A stretch of 36,758 nt of DNA from Thermoplasmata archaeon. GTDB lineage: Archaea; Thermoplasmatota; Thermoplasmata; RBG-16-68-12; JAFNFQ01. Below are positions 10,601-18,547 of the stretch, piece after piece (the stretch's first letter is position 1; each line of letters begins with the position of its first letter). Where the stretch lies: NCBI GenBank assembly GCA_041489255.1, contig JBGPQV010000025.1, positions 1 through 36,758 of the forward strand. The letters run 5' to 3'. The notes below the pieces were generated by a model. The model did not search any database and was not told the origin of the DNA. It worked only from the letters and a program-made list of their open reading frames with translations. A program made the translations under genes and the position numbers.

Positions 10601-11196
10601 GTCGCGAAGTTCCACGAGGCGACCCAGCGCCTATCGTTGAGGGCTTTGAGCGCTTTCATGAAGAAGAAGAAGCTGGTGACCACGAAGAAGAGCGTCATTG
10701 AGTCATGGTCGGCGTCGGTTGCCTGACTGCGCTGGAGATGCGCCGGCATTACCGCTAGAAGGAATGCCGCGACCAGCCCCGCCCTCTTCCCCATGATGTT
10801 CTTCGTGAGGAAGTAAGTTGGGAATATCGTGAGAGCGCCCCAGATAGCGGTGGACAGTATGAACACCGCCATCACGCTCCGCCAGACGTCTCCCACGAGG
10901 GGCGAGAGCGCTATGCCCGGAACGGCGATGAACCAGTTGAATATCGGCGGCCTGGGATTACCCAGGCCCATGGGATAGTTCAGCATCGGGTCCCAATCCA
11001 GCTGCTTCCCGGTCGTTACGATATTCCTGATGGTTTTTTCCCAATAGAACGAGTCGGATCCCCCAGAGAGCAAATTGTCCTGAAGTGACAGGTCGAGGGG
11101 GAAGTATGCTCTCAGGAAGAGCGCCAAGCCAAAAATGGCCAGGAGCATAATCACTACATTGGCATTCTTTCTAAGCCAGTTACGTAGGGTATCCAC
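4621..11196 (-). CDS. aglB: Giant oligosaccharyltransferase AglB/STT3 with a long array of carboxypeptidase-regulatory-like/SdrD-B beta-sandwich domains and a C-terminal TM anchor
   Basis: Multi-TM N-terminus with GSDSFY, DADHD, TIAE and WWDYG motifs; roughly 1200 aa of repeated G.V...V....T...G.Y....PG.Y domains; Dx[DN]xDG-like Ca-binding loops. Confidence 0.92.
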   Translation of the reverse strand: MDTLRNWLRKNANVVIMLLAIFGLALFLRAYFPLDLSLQDNLLSGGSDSFYWEKTIRNIVTTGKQLDWDPMLNYPMGLGNPRPPIFNWFIAVPGIALSPLVGDVWRSVMAVFILSTAIWGALTIFPTYFLTKNIMGKRAGLVAAFLLAVMPAHLQRSQATDADHDSMTLFFVVTSFFFFMKALKALNDRRWVASWNFATKDGRSSIVSGLNVFFKENQKAVLYSVMSGMAMATVALIWQGWAYAPIILLVYVILQLFVDRLRDKDPMGIGICFTITMGVALLLAAPWYVLYGQVKTWYDVPLILFLAATALGLVLTITRNYPWAIILPSVLVTSGALFAILVIVNPAVANAFVSGAGYFVPTKLYETIAEAQPPGLSQAILSFGAVTFYLSLFGLFWMAWKLPKRQEPDYLFVLTWSFAAIFMSMAAARFIFNASPAFAITAGWVIVLMVGWLDFETMKKTFHSLSGGSKLTAIRKSVKVRHILGALFIVFLLLLPNVWFGVDASIPYEEKAAYDRQIYYTMPDFLRPQGYTPPTGRGTNTFYFGAFGYSLPLTSGYFPAAWEWFAKQDTEVVPEQRPAYLSWWDYGFEAVDRGEHPTVADNFQDGYQLAGQFITAQSEDAAIALLTIRLIEGDYYANKGQLSRGVMTDLERYGVDSSKIVDAYHNPSPLIDAVLGDPITYGRWDTRMQPLNAIYIYLSHYLDTMTTTDQMASLYHDISKTTGWSIRYFGVDSRMFPTTGSGNNIFYAPVKLSDHRVENLPDGRVLPIDFFNIEAVTDKGTFPADSVPVGATTSSLNIKYTDMFYNSMFYRAYMGFGPTDVNQACSSSDCLPGIRGDLQSMMPMQGWNMSHFKVVYKTAYFNPWGLNDYQNYSEDWTAINYFGEDGALNLQRKINRNEMTGVIDFSNSTLASSGTVFLKYYDGAYINGTVTVDGVTPLPGVRVTVQDYEDPTNPTPHYSVLTDQNGRYSLLTPFGQVRVVASIGTMDARSMTGATVLDQQFLTISDDQAMRLEIDRNGDGLADYNIVRNIIVRGVTISGISFIDVNRDGNQTTGEDSVANAQISFKHNSLNLVRTVTTYSNGIYLLEHAYEGQYTTTVTFRGRTIAAPSITVGKTDDLQNIPLNTAKIEGTVLLPGNITASGATVEAFDEAWGNSLIIRTSSTGQYGFDVLPGNFTISASLGANATLPQHMKVGGTATTIYNMTLALSGLLKGKTSIAGLLQGGVLLNINRVGATQVSTTILTDETGSYSIRLPLGTYDVNARHYRQGQLYAFVGRVTVAEGTDTIFDPNFSEGVVVQGIAYSVDKTKGGIGGLSVTFNNGVASVSVRTSSADGGYLAYLSKGYYVVQAGFYNLSYLKSEGFFASLNYDISLKVGTSVGGQMFYDKNRNGFLEPGEGTEDARITFTDPSGTTAETFAGTEGRYELTLPSNGTYVMQVSKAGFQTLSLGPASLIALAPKFTSSLLPYNVTVTGQLFLQGTPLVGESVEIKFVAKDSSAVNVSAFSDESIGIYVIDLVPGRYTINVDQPQVAGQADVRFQNSRTETLSLQVGGASITRNLQLFLRMSVSGTVNVQGVPKAAFMAFQGPESSQFTAAADGSFDLMLAEGDYTLYASYNESSVYYAAFESLTVAAPLQLQVGLDRAAAVSGRLKYDNADLFEVAPVSFVSDGGATYQTNTDSEGSYSANLVAGNYTVSVDYPSTATIDYTKRYVRYAHSSILVVPQTLFQITYDLTLTRTLDNSTITGHMEYQGLPITATLEFRPDGPEGINLTAATAADGTYSIQLAPAAYMMRVYDPVSHGVSLQYINVEPRTSKYMNLSLEKGYKVTGVTTYLDHARITTKVTFTDSIFWDVYTDDNGNLEFYVPAQRYAIKMLAMLTEHGLMVGYNNTLARTVEGDTSLGEIGLARIPRHGIAMSYNTTSDQPTFAAGSSVDFLIRVTNTGSMPDTYKLEGATAGWTVEFNNDIVNVDFGAVDGIPVNYETVVATVKVPFGANVEHPDVSITGYCINATVNRFTLKLPLNVTRTQGIALRTTEVKPVFDGKYLNYTLEIANTGNAVELVNMTVTNAPTMADLGWIAKIRVNSTAYDDVITGITVGANATTRVTLVMENTGGLPGLVARVKVELQNGMESTLDVPTVLPQLSLEGNVAVGGGRVERQVGWNMTLITITGAFAAVAVIFVVLAVRDRYRRSRR

Positions 11197-11338
11197 TTAT
11201 CGCTCACCGAAGTAACTTGGCTAATTCTGCAACCCCTATATCTAGGTTTACACATCATTCCACTGGCGGTAATGAAGGGGCGGACGTTGCGAATCCATTG
11301 CGCAATCTTCATTCATGCTGCAGTCCTTGTCCACAACA

Positions 11339-12070
11339 ATGGATTCGCTCAGGCTGGCCGGCAACGTGGAAATCCTCAAGGAAAAGGCGCTGCTGCTCCG
11401 CGACGAGGGCCTGGCCGTCATAGCCGATCTCCATCTGGGTTACGAAGGCGCCCTGCAGCTGGAGGGGATCTCGATTCCGCGAAGGCAGAAGGCGGTCATG
11501 CTTGAATCGCTCTCGCGCATCATCGACGATCACGCGCCGGAGACCACCGTCGTCAACGGCGACTTCAAGCACAACTTCTCGCGCAATCTGGACGAAGAGT
11601 GGCTGGAGGTCAAGGAGGTTCTGAGGTTCCTCAAGGACAGGACAAGGCTCGTCGTCGTCAGAGGGAACCATGACAACTACCTCGCGACGATCCTGCACGA
11701 CATGGACATCGAGCTGAGGAAGAGCTACAGAGCGGGTGGATACACGTTCGCCCACGGGCATTGGGACGTCAAGACGAAGGGGGCCGTTGTCATAGGCCAC
11801 GAGCATCCTGCGCTGAAGCTGAGGGATGAGGTCGGAGCGGTTGTGTCGCTGCCCGCTTTCGTGGTGGGCCGAGATGTGATCGTTCTGCCGGCTTTCAGTC
11901 CATTGGCGTTGGGCACGGACGTGTCTTCGCACCCATATCTTTCGCCTGTGCTGAACGCCCGCGAAATCAACGATGCGCGAGTGCTGGCGGCTGATGACGA
12001 AGAGGGCATCCTAGATTTCGGGACAATGGCGGATCTGAAGGGTCGGAATGCTGCTCTGATTCTGAGATAG
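11339..12070 (+). CDS. Calcineurin-like metallophosphoesterase (ICC-like archaeal family)
   Basis: ADLHLG, NGDFKH, RGNHD, HGH, GHEHP, LPAFS. Confidence 0.9.
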   Translation: MDSLRLAGNVEILKEKALLLRDEGLAVIADLHLGYEGALQLEGISIPRRQKAVMLESLSRIIDDHAPETTVVNGDFKHNFSRNLDEEWLEVKEVLRFLKDRTRLVVVRGNHDNYLATILHDMDIELRKSYRAGGYTFAHGHWDVKTKGAVVIGHEHPALKLRDEVGAVVSLPAFVVGRDVIVLPAFSPLALGTDVSSHPYLSPVLNAREINDARVLAADDEEGILDFGTMADLKGRNAALILR

Positions 12071-12254
12071 TCACGGCGGACCTAAGGAGAGAGGCCGACC
12101 GCACCTCATTGCTGAAGACAGTGGTCGCAACTCGACCATGCGGGATCGCGGCCGTTGTGGAGAACGTCCGCAACTCCGACTTATCATGAAGCGGTGCCGA
12201 GCTCAAGCTAAGGGTTTTAACCGACACCGCGTTTACATCGCGAGGGGAAGACGA

Positions 12255-13370
12255 ATGCCCAAGAAGACCACTCTCTCAGTGATTAAGGCTGACGTCGGAA
12301 GCATCGCGGGCCACCAAGTGGTGCACCCGAGACTGGAGGAAACCGCCCGCGAGTCGCTCAAGAAGGCGAAAGCGTCCGATGTGCTCATCGATTTCCACGT
12401 GACCCACTGCGGCGATGACCTGGAACTCATAATGACCCACCGCCACGGCGTGGATTCGCCCAAGGTCCACGAGCTCGCATGGCTGACGTTCGACAAGTGC
12501 ACCAAGGTCGCGAAGGAGCTTCACCTCTACGGCGCAGGCCAAGACCTACTCTCTGACTCCTTCTCGGGCAATGTCCGCGGCCTCGGCCCGGGCAGTGCGG
12601 AGATGGAGTTCTCGGAGAGGCCGGCTGAGCCGGTTGCTATCTTCATGATGGACAAGACCGAACCTGGGGCCTTCAACCTTCCCACATTCCGCATGTTCGC
12701 CGACCCATTCTGCAATCCGGGCTTGGTCATCGACAAGGCGATGCACGACGGCTTCCGATTCGAGGTCTGGGACATCATGGAGCACAAGTGCATCTTCTTC
12801 AACTGCCCCGAGGAGATGTACGACCTCCTCGCTTTCATCGGCACGAAGGGGCGATACGTGATCAAGCGCGTCTACTCCCGTGGCGGGAAGGTCCCCGCCG
12901 ACGAGCCGGTCGCCTGCATATCGACGGACAAGCTCAGCCACATCGCAGGCAAATATGTGGGGAAGGACGACCCTGTCGGGATGATGAGATCCCAAAGTGG
13001 CCTCCCCGGCATGGGTGAGATCCTGGAGGCTTGGTCGTGGCCCTTCCTGGTGAGTGGATGGAACCGCGGTTCGCACAACGGTCCAGTGATGCCTATCGGG
13101 ATGAAAAACAACCGCACGAGCAGATTCGATGGCCCTCCGAGGGTTTTTGGCCTGGGATATCAGATTGCTGATGGGCTGCTGGTCGGTCCCGTCGACCTTT
13201 TCGACGACCCCGCCTTCGACCCGGTCAGGCAGCAGTCGGCCGAGCTGGCGGACTATATGCGCAGGCACGGTCCTTTCGAACCGCACAGGCTCCCAATGGA
13301 CGAGATGGAGTACACCACCATGCCTGAGCTGATGGAGAAGCACAAAGGCAAGTGGAAGCAAGTGAAGTAG
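12255..13370 (+). CDS. fbp: Bifunctional fructose-1,6-bisphosphate aldolase/phosphatase (class V FBPase)
   Basis: SVIKADVGS..GH, HCGDD, LYGAGQDLL.D.FSGNVRG.GPG.AE, DKTEPGAFN, YVGKDDP, RGSH.GP, FDGPP, FEPHRL..EMEYTT. Confidence 0.97.
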   Translation: MPKKTTLSVIKADVGSIAGHQVVHPRLEETARESLKKAKASDVLIDFHVTHCGDDLELIMTHRHGVDSPKVHELAWLTFDKCTKVAKELHLYGAGQDLLSDSFSGNVRGLGPGSAEMEFSERPAEPVAIFMMDKTEPGAFNLPTFRMFADPFCNPGLVIDKAMHDGFRFEVWDIMEHKCIFFNCPEEMYDLLAFIGTKGRYVIKRVYSRGGKVPADEPVACISTDKLSHIAGKYVGKDDPVGMMRSQSGLPGMGEILEAWSWPFLVSGWNRGSHNGPVMPIGMKNNRTSRFDGPPRVFGLGYQIADGLLVGPVDLFDDPAFDPVRQQSAELADYMRRHGPFEPHRLPMDEMEYTTMPELMEKHKGKWKQVK

Positions 13371-13377
13371 TCCCGCC

Positions 13378-14160
13378 CTAGGCGCTCGCCTTCCGCTTCT
13401 TCTTGATCCGCCTGAGCGCTTCCATGTCTTCCCTCGCGGAAGCCTTGGCCTTCTCCCACCAGAAAATCGCCTTCTCACAGTACGGGTCGCCGTGGCCGAG
13501 GCACTTGATCTTCGCTCCCTCGATGCCCGGCCCCATGGCCTCGCACATACCTTCGGTGAACCCTTCGTCCATTGCCTCGCACATCTCACGCGGATATTTC
13601 ATCGCGAGCTCTTGGAAGGGACAAACGTACTCCCTGAACACGACGTGGGCTTGGTCCAGCTTCCTCGTCTCAGCAATCACGCCCATGTCGCGAAGCGTCT
13701 GTTCGACGAACAGCTTCGAGAACAACTCTGGAGTCCAATCCGTAATCTGCCCACGAACCTTAAGTTCCTTTATCATGGACCTGCCAGACGCCCTCCCAAT
13801 TTCGGTGAGGGTCTTCATGAGCTTCTCCTCCCCGAGCTCCTCGCGGAGCTGCGTTAGGAACAGGCCCGAAAGCATCTCGTACTGCCTGCGTGGGAACCCG
13901 TGGATCCGCTTTCCCGCGGCCATCCTGTAGCGGACCATCGGCCTCCCGCTCCTCACGCCCTTCTCCCTGCTCGACTCCTCGACGAGACCCGCCGCCTCCA
14001 ATGTCTTGAGGTGGTACCGAACAGTCGCGGGATGGAGGTCAAGCGCCTTAGACAATTCAGCCACGGTCTTGCTCGCGGCCGCGAGGCAGTTGAGGATGAG
14101 CATCCTCGCCTCGCTTGAAAGCGCTTCATATGATCCTGGCGCCTCGTTGCTGGGAGTCAT
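13378..14160 (-). CDS. ArsR-type winged-HTH transcriptional regulator with C-terminal V4R domain
   Basis: ALSSEARMLIL...TVAELSKALDLHPATVRYHLKTLEAAGLV, GRP..RY; C-terminal CPF, MC, KCLGHGDPYC. Confidence 0.88.
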   Translation of the reverse strand: MTPSNEAPGSYEALSSEARMLILNCLAAASKTVAELSKALDLHPATVRYHLKTLEAAGLVEESSREKGVRSGRPMVRYRMAAGKRIHGFPRRQYEMLSGLFLTQLREELGEEKLMKTLTEIGRASGRSMIKELKVRGQITDWTPELFSKLFVEQTLRDMGVIAETRKLDQAHVVFREYVCPFQELAMKYPREMCEAMDEGFTEGMCEAMGPGIEGAKIKCLGHGDPYCEKAIFWWEKAKASAREDMEALRRIKKKRKASA

Positions 14161-14328
14161 GGTCGCCACCTTCTATGAACGGTCGCAATGAAGCCTTTTC
14201 GCAATTTCGGTTTGAACACTTCGCACTAAGAAGGCTATCCTATATGCAATTCTTGAAGTAAGTTCTCCATCTTGCGGCAAGGGAGAAAACAAACGTATTA
14301 AGTCGCATGCGCCATTCTGTCGCTTGCC

Positions 14329-15006
14329 ATGAGGCTACCCGTCGTAATCGTGAACTTCAAAGCCTATCCCGATGCCCTTGGCCACGCGGGCATCGAGCTC
14401 GCCAGGACCTGTTCCAAAGTCGCCGAGGCGACCGGCGCCTCTATCGCGATTGCACCAGCGATGCCGGACTTGGCCAAAATCGCGGGGGATTTCAATCTGC
14501 CGGTTCTCTCACAGCATTTCGACCCCGTCTTGCCCGGTAGCAAGACTGGCTGGACGCCTCTGATGGCGGTCGAGGAGGCGGGGGCAGTTGGGACCCTCCT
14601 GAATCATTCCGAGAGGAAGATGCGGCTGAGCGACCTCAAACTGGCCGTCCAGATGTGCGGTGAGGCAGGGATAGAAGCGGTCGTCTGCGCGGACACAATC
14701 GATGAGGCAAAGAAAGTGGCGAGGTTGCATCCGGAGTACGTGGCGATAGAGCCACCTGACCTGATTGGAGGCGATATCTCGATCACCACCGCCAAACCTG
14801 AGATCGTGACCGATGCCGTCGAGGCTGTGCGCAAGGTCGACTCGGAGATCGGCGTGCTCTGCGGCGCCGGCGTCAAGTCGCGCGAAGACGTTCGGAAGGC
14901 TCTCGAGCTGGGGACTGTGGGCGTTCTTCTCGCCTCCGGCGTGGTTAAGGCACATGACCCACATAAGGCACTGCTCGACCTCGCGAAGGGGCTCACACGC
15001 AGTTAG
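14329..15006 (+). CDS. tpiA: Triosephosphate isomerase (archaeal type)
   Basis: VNFKAY, SQHFD, LLNHSE, AIEPPDLIG, LCGAGV, GVLLASGVVKA. Confidence 0.97.
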   Translation: MRLPVVIVNFKAYPDALGHAGIELARTCSKVAEATGASIAIAPAMPDLAKIAGDFNLPVLSQHFDPVLPGSKTGWTPLMAVEEAGAVGTLLNHSERKMRLSDLKLAVQMCGEAGIEAVVCADTIDEAKKVARLHPEYVAIEPPDLIGGDISITTAKPEIVTDAVEAVRKVDSEIGVLCGAGVKSREDVRKALELGTVGVLLASGVVKAHDPHKALLDLAKGLTRS

Positions 15007-15068
15007 TCGCGGCCCACGCTACATGTAGATGTCTCCGATAAGTATCATTGTCTTCAATTCCTCCTCAG

Positions 15069-17183
15069 ATGGATTGCCGTAGAAGGAGCGCGTACATCGC
15101 TGTCCTCGCTACCGCCATTGTCGCCCTTCCTGGCGTTGCGGCGGGACCTGCTGTCTGGACAGATTCCAGCAACTCATCCTTGCTCGTCGCCGAGGTCTAC
15201 TACAACTCCCTTGTCGCGAACGAATACGTTGTGATTCTCAACCCCGCAGACGCAGAAATCGCGCTCGCGAACTGGACCCTCACTGACCTCGAGGGGACCC
15301 TGGCTTTCCCGCCAGATGCGTCCGTCGCAGCGGGACAACAGGTGGTCATCGCTCAGAACTCGAGCCTGTACCGCCGTGACACGCTGGAGAGCGCGGATTT
15401 CCGCTACGCGGGAGGAGACGCTCCCGCCATGGTGGCTAGAGGAGGGACTTTCGCACTCAACAACGAGGGCGACGAAGTCATCCTGAGGAATCCTCAAGGG
15501 GATGTCATCGATGCTTTCATTTATGGCGACTCGGACTACGCAGGGCCCGGATGGGGTGGACCGCCGGCGAAGGTGCTGGCGAAGGGTCGCGTCGCGCATC
15601 GGATCGATTCGGGCGGCATCCTCCAAGACACGGACTCGTCTTCGGACTGGCATTGCATCAGGACGCACGTGATCGGCCAGTCGGCTCACCCCCTGACCGT
15701 GTTCGAGTTCGACGGCGTCGCGCAAGGAATCATATCTCCAGATTCTGCGTCGGATGCTCTTTCTGGAATCATCGATTCCGCGGAGGATTCGATCTTCCTC
15801 AGCATCTACGAGTTCACTGACACGACATTGGGCGGGAGGCTTCTGGAGGCAGTGCGCCGAGGAGTGGATGTGAAGATATTGGCGGAGGGCAGCCCCGTGA
15901 GCGGGATTGAGCAGGCAGAATTGAGCATACTGCGGGGCCTCAGCGACAGCGGTGCCTCGGTGCGCCTCTTGCTGGACAACTCGAGTCTCGGGGTCAAGGC
16001 GCGCTACCGCTACGACCACTCGAAATACGCGGTGATAGACAACATGACCGTGGTTGTCAGCTCGGAGAACTGGGTGCGAAACGGGTTCCCGCCGAATGGT
16101 GCGACCGGCAACAGGGGGTGGTCCGTCAGAATGGATAATCGCGAGCTTTCGAATTTCATGGCGGGAGTTTTCCTGGAGGACTGGAACCCCGCCAGGATGG
16201 ACAGCGTCGACTTGACGCGCTCTTCGATATCGCCGGTGAGCGACGATGGCGAGGCTGAGGGCGGCTTCGTCCGCGAATTCGCTCAGCAGCCTTTCACGGG
16301 TCACTTCCGCGTCACTCCCGTGATCGGCCCTGACAACTCGCTGCATCCGGACGCGGTGATCGGCCTCATCAAGTCGGCCCGGAGTCACCTCCGCATAGAG
16401 CAATTCTACGTCAGCAAGTCATGGGGGGCATCGCCCAACCTGTTCCTGGAAGAAGCGGTGAATGCCGCGAGGAGAGGCGTCGACGTCCGGATCCTCCTCG
16501 ATTCCTCGTGGTACAACGTGGATGAGAACGAAATGATGGACAACGACGACACTGTCGCCTATGTCAACGAAGTCGCGGCCCGCGAAGGGATCCCCATCGC
16601 CGCCAAATTGGGGAATTCGGCCTCGCATGACCTGGTGAAGTTCCACAACAAGGGCATAATCGTCGACGGCGAAAGGGTCCTTGTATCCAGCATCAACTGG
16701 AACCTGAACTCGGTCACCGAGAACAGGGAGGTCGGCTTGATAGTGGAGAACCGAGAGCTTGCTTCCTTCTTCGACGCCGCCTTCGGGTACGACTGGAAAG
16801 ATGACGTCACGCCCCCGTTCGCGGACGCAGGGGAGGACTTCGCCGTGCAGCAGGGAATAGAGGTTTACTTCTCCGCAGCATCCTCCAGAGACGATGTCGG
16901 GATCGAGAGGTATTCATGGGACATCGGCGGGGACGGAAGCTACGAGCTCAACGGATCCGTCGCGTCTTGGCGGTTCCCTGTCCCGGGAGAGTACTTCGTC
17001 GTGCTCCGCGTCGAGGATGCTTGGGGCAACGCGGCCCAAGACTGCGTCAACGTGACGGTCATTCGGACCAATGAACCCCCCGTGCTTGGAGGACCGCCGA
17101 TGCCGTGGGTCCTTGCTCCGATCGGGGTTCTGGCCACCGTCTCCATCGTTCTCGCCATCGCGATTCGACGTAGGAAGCGGTAA
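15069..17183 (+). CDS. Exported phospholipase D-superfamily enzyme (lamin-tail domain + 2 HKD + PKD + C-terminal TM)
   Basis: Signal peptide; LTD-like EVYYN...EYVVILNP...LANWTL.D...LNNEGDEVIL; HSKYAVID and HNKGIIVD; PKD PFADAG...YSWD..GDG...PGEY.V.LRVED; TM then RRRKR. Confidence 0.88.
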   Translation: MDCRRRSAYIAVLATAIVALPGVAAGPAVWTDSSNSSLLVAEVYYNSLVANEYVVILNPADAEIALANWTLTDLEGTLAFPPDASVAAGQQVVIAQNSSLYRRDTLESADFRYAGGDAPAMVARGGTFALNNEGDEVILRNPQGDVIDAFIYGDSDYAGPGWGGPPAKVLAKGRVAHRIDSGGILQDTDSSSDWHCIRTHVIGQSAHPLTVFEFDGVAQGIISPDSASDALSGIIDSAEDSIFLSIYEFTDTTLGGRLLEAVRRGVDVKILAEGSPVSGIEQAELSILRGLSDSGASVRLLLDNSSLGVKARYRYDHSKYAVIDNMTVVVSSENWVRNGFPPNGATGNRGWSVRMDNRELSNFMAGVFLEDWNPARMDSVDLTRSSISPVSDDGEAEGGFVREFAQQPFTGHFRVTPVIGPDNSLHPDAVIGLIKSARSHLRIEQFYVSKSWGASPNLFLEEAVNAARRGVDVRILLDSSWYNVDENEMMDNDDTVAYVNEVAAREGIPIAAKLGNSASHDLVKFHNKGIIVDGERVLVSSINWNLNSVTENREVGLIVENRELASFFDAAFGYDWKDDVTPPFADAGEDFAVQQGIEVYFSAASSRDDVGIERYSWDIGGDGSYELNGSVASWRFPVPGEYFVVLRVEDAWGNAAQDCVNVTVIRTNEPPVLGGPPMPWVLAPIGVLATVSIVLAIAIRRRKR

Positions 17184-17207
17184 ATACCGTCTGAGCCTTG
17201 TTAACCC

Positions 17208-18209
17208 GTGGCCTCGCAGCCGGCTTTCTCCGCGGGAGCGCTCGAGAAATTCTGCTACTGTCCGCTGACGTGGTGGTTGAGCCGTGGCGGTGCAGAAGAG
17301 AAGGAAGAGGCACTTGCCGCTGGAGAGAGAAAGCACGAGGTCGTGGTCGAGGAATTGAAGGGCATCGAGTCCCACGAGGTCAAGGCCCATCAACATGAGA
17401 CCGCGATTCTTTACTTCGTCCTCGCGGCGACAATCGTGGCGATACTCGGCGTGACCTTCCTCCAGAGAATCCCAATCGACATCACGGAAATCTTCGACGT
17501 CCTCGCCCTGATCTGGCTTCTCGCGGCCTGCTACTTCCTCTACAAGGCCGAGACCACGGCGACCGAGGAGGAGAGGCTCGTCGCGGAGCGGGTCATACTC
17601 GTCTTCGCGATGATAGCGACACTGCTGGCGGTCTACAGCGTGTCCTACTCGTTCGTTGGGAATGAATTGCTCAGCCAGATTGCCGAGGTGGTCGCCCTCC
17701 TGTGGCTGATCGGCGCCTCCTTCTTCCTCTATCACTCCCTCCTTTCCTCGGCCATAGCGAGGGCGTTGAGGCAGAAGCACAACCTTATCGACAAGACCTT
17801 GAGTTTCGTGGACGACCAGAAGAGGAACACGAAGCTCTTCGTTTCCCAGAAGCATGGGTTGAGGGGCAGGCCGGACTATGTTGTCACGCAGGGGGATTCT
17901 CAGATTCCCGTCGAAGTCAAGACTGGAAGGACACCCCGAGGCCCTCTGTTCTCACACATAGTCCAGCTCAGCGCCTATTGCCTCCTCCTTGAGGAGGACA
18001 CTGGAAGAGCGCCGCCTCATGGTGTCCTGCGATACGAGAAAATGGAGCATGAGATCGAATACGGGGCTGACCAGAGGAAGCTGGTCCTAGGCAAGCTGAC
18101 AGAAATGCGCAGCGCTCTGGCCAAAGGAGAGGCGCACAGGAACCACAACAGGCCAGGCAAGTGCATAGGCTGCAGCCGCCGCACCGAGTGCCCGGAGAAG
18201 CTGGCCTGA
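17208..18209 (+). CDS. cas4: Solo Cas4-family Fe-S nuclease with four inserted transmembrane helices
   Basis: N-terminal FCYCP; GRPD, PVEVKTG, QLSAYCLLLE; C-terminal CIGCSRRTEC; four hydrophobic segments between the first Cys and the nuclease core; no other cas genes or array nearby. Confidence 0.85.
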   Translation: MASQPAFSAGALEKFCYCPLTWWLSRGGAEEKEEALAAGERKHEVVVEELKGIESHEVKAHQHETAILYFVLAATIVAILGVTFLQRIPIDITEIFDVLALIWLLAACYFLYKAETTATEEERLVAERVILVFAMIATLLAVYSVSYSFVGNELLSQIAEVVALLWLIGASFFLYHSLLSSAIARALRQKHNLIDKTLSFVDDQKRNTKLFVSQKHGLRGRPDYVVTQGDSQIPVEVKTGRTPRGPLFSHIVQLSAYCLLLEEDTGRAPPHGVLRYEKMEHEIEYGADQRKLVLGKLTEMRSALAKGEAHRNHNRPGKCIGCSRRTECPEKLA

Positions 18210-18214
18210 GACCG

Positions 18215-18547
18215 TTACTTCCTTTCCTTCAATGCCGTCTGCCCGGTCCTTTCCTCAATCGCCGACATCTTCTCCTTGATCCACTTCACATCCTCCCTCA
18301 TCTCGAGCATCTCGCGCTCGAACGGGGTGAATCCCTGCGCTGAGATGATGCGATGGCTCACGAAGATGCCGACGAATACAGCGCCTATGATGGCCAGAAT
18401 CGCTATGACCACCAGCGAGAAGATTATCAGGAAGAAGTTGAGCGCAAGGTCAGTTGCCCGCCACAATCCGGCCAGCATGCTGCCCCAGACAATCATGAGG
18501 GCGAGCACGATGACGAGCCAGAGGAGTGTCCATTTGGATATCTTCAT
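18215..18547 (-). CDS. Small two-TM membrane protein with C-terminal coiled coil
   Basis: Two hydrophobic helices then FEREMLEMREDVKWIKEKMSAIEE; ATGA overlap with upstream gene. Confidence 0.7.
   Translation of the reverse strand: MKISKWTLLWLVIVLALMIVWGSMLAGLWRATDLALNFFLIIFSLVVIAILAIIGAVFVGIFVSHRIISAQGFTPFEREMLEMREDVKWIKEKMSAIEERTGQTALKERK

Noticed and set aside
4049-10701. Long plus-strand ORFs antisense to aglB/CARDB (4049-4945, 5209-6054, 7933-8901, 9808-10701) and similar shadows elsewhere
   Set aside because: Typical antisense shadows of GC-rich coding sequence with no recognisable motifs.
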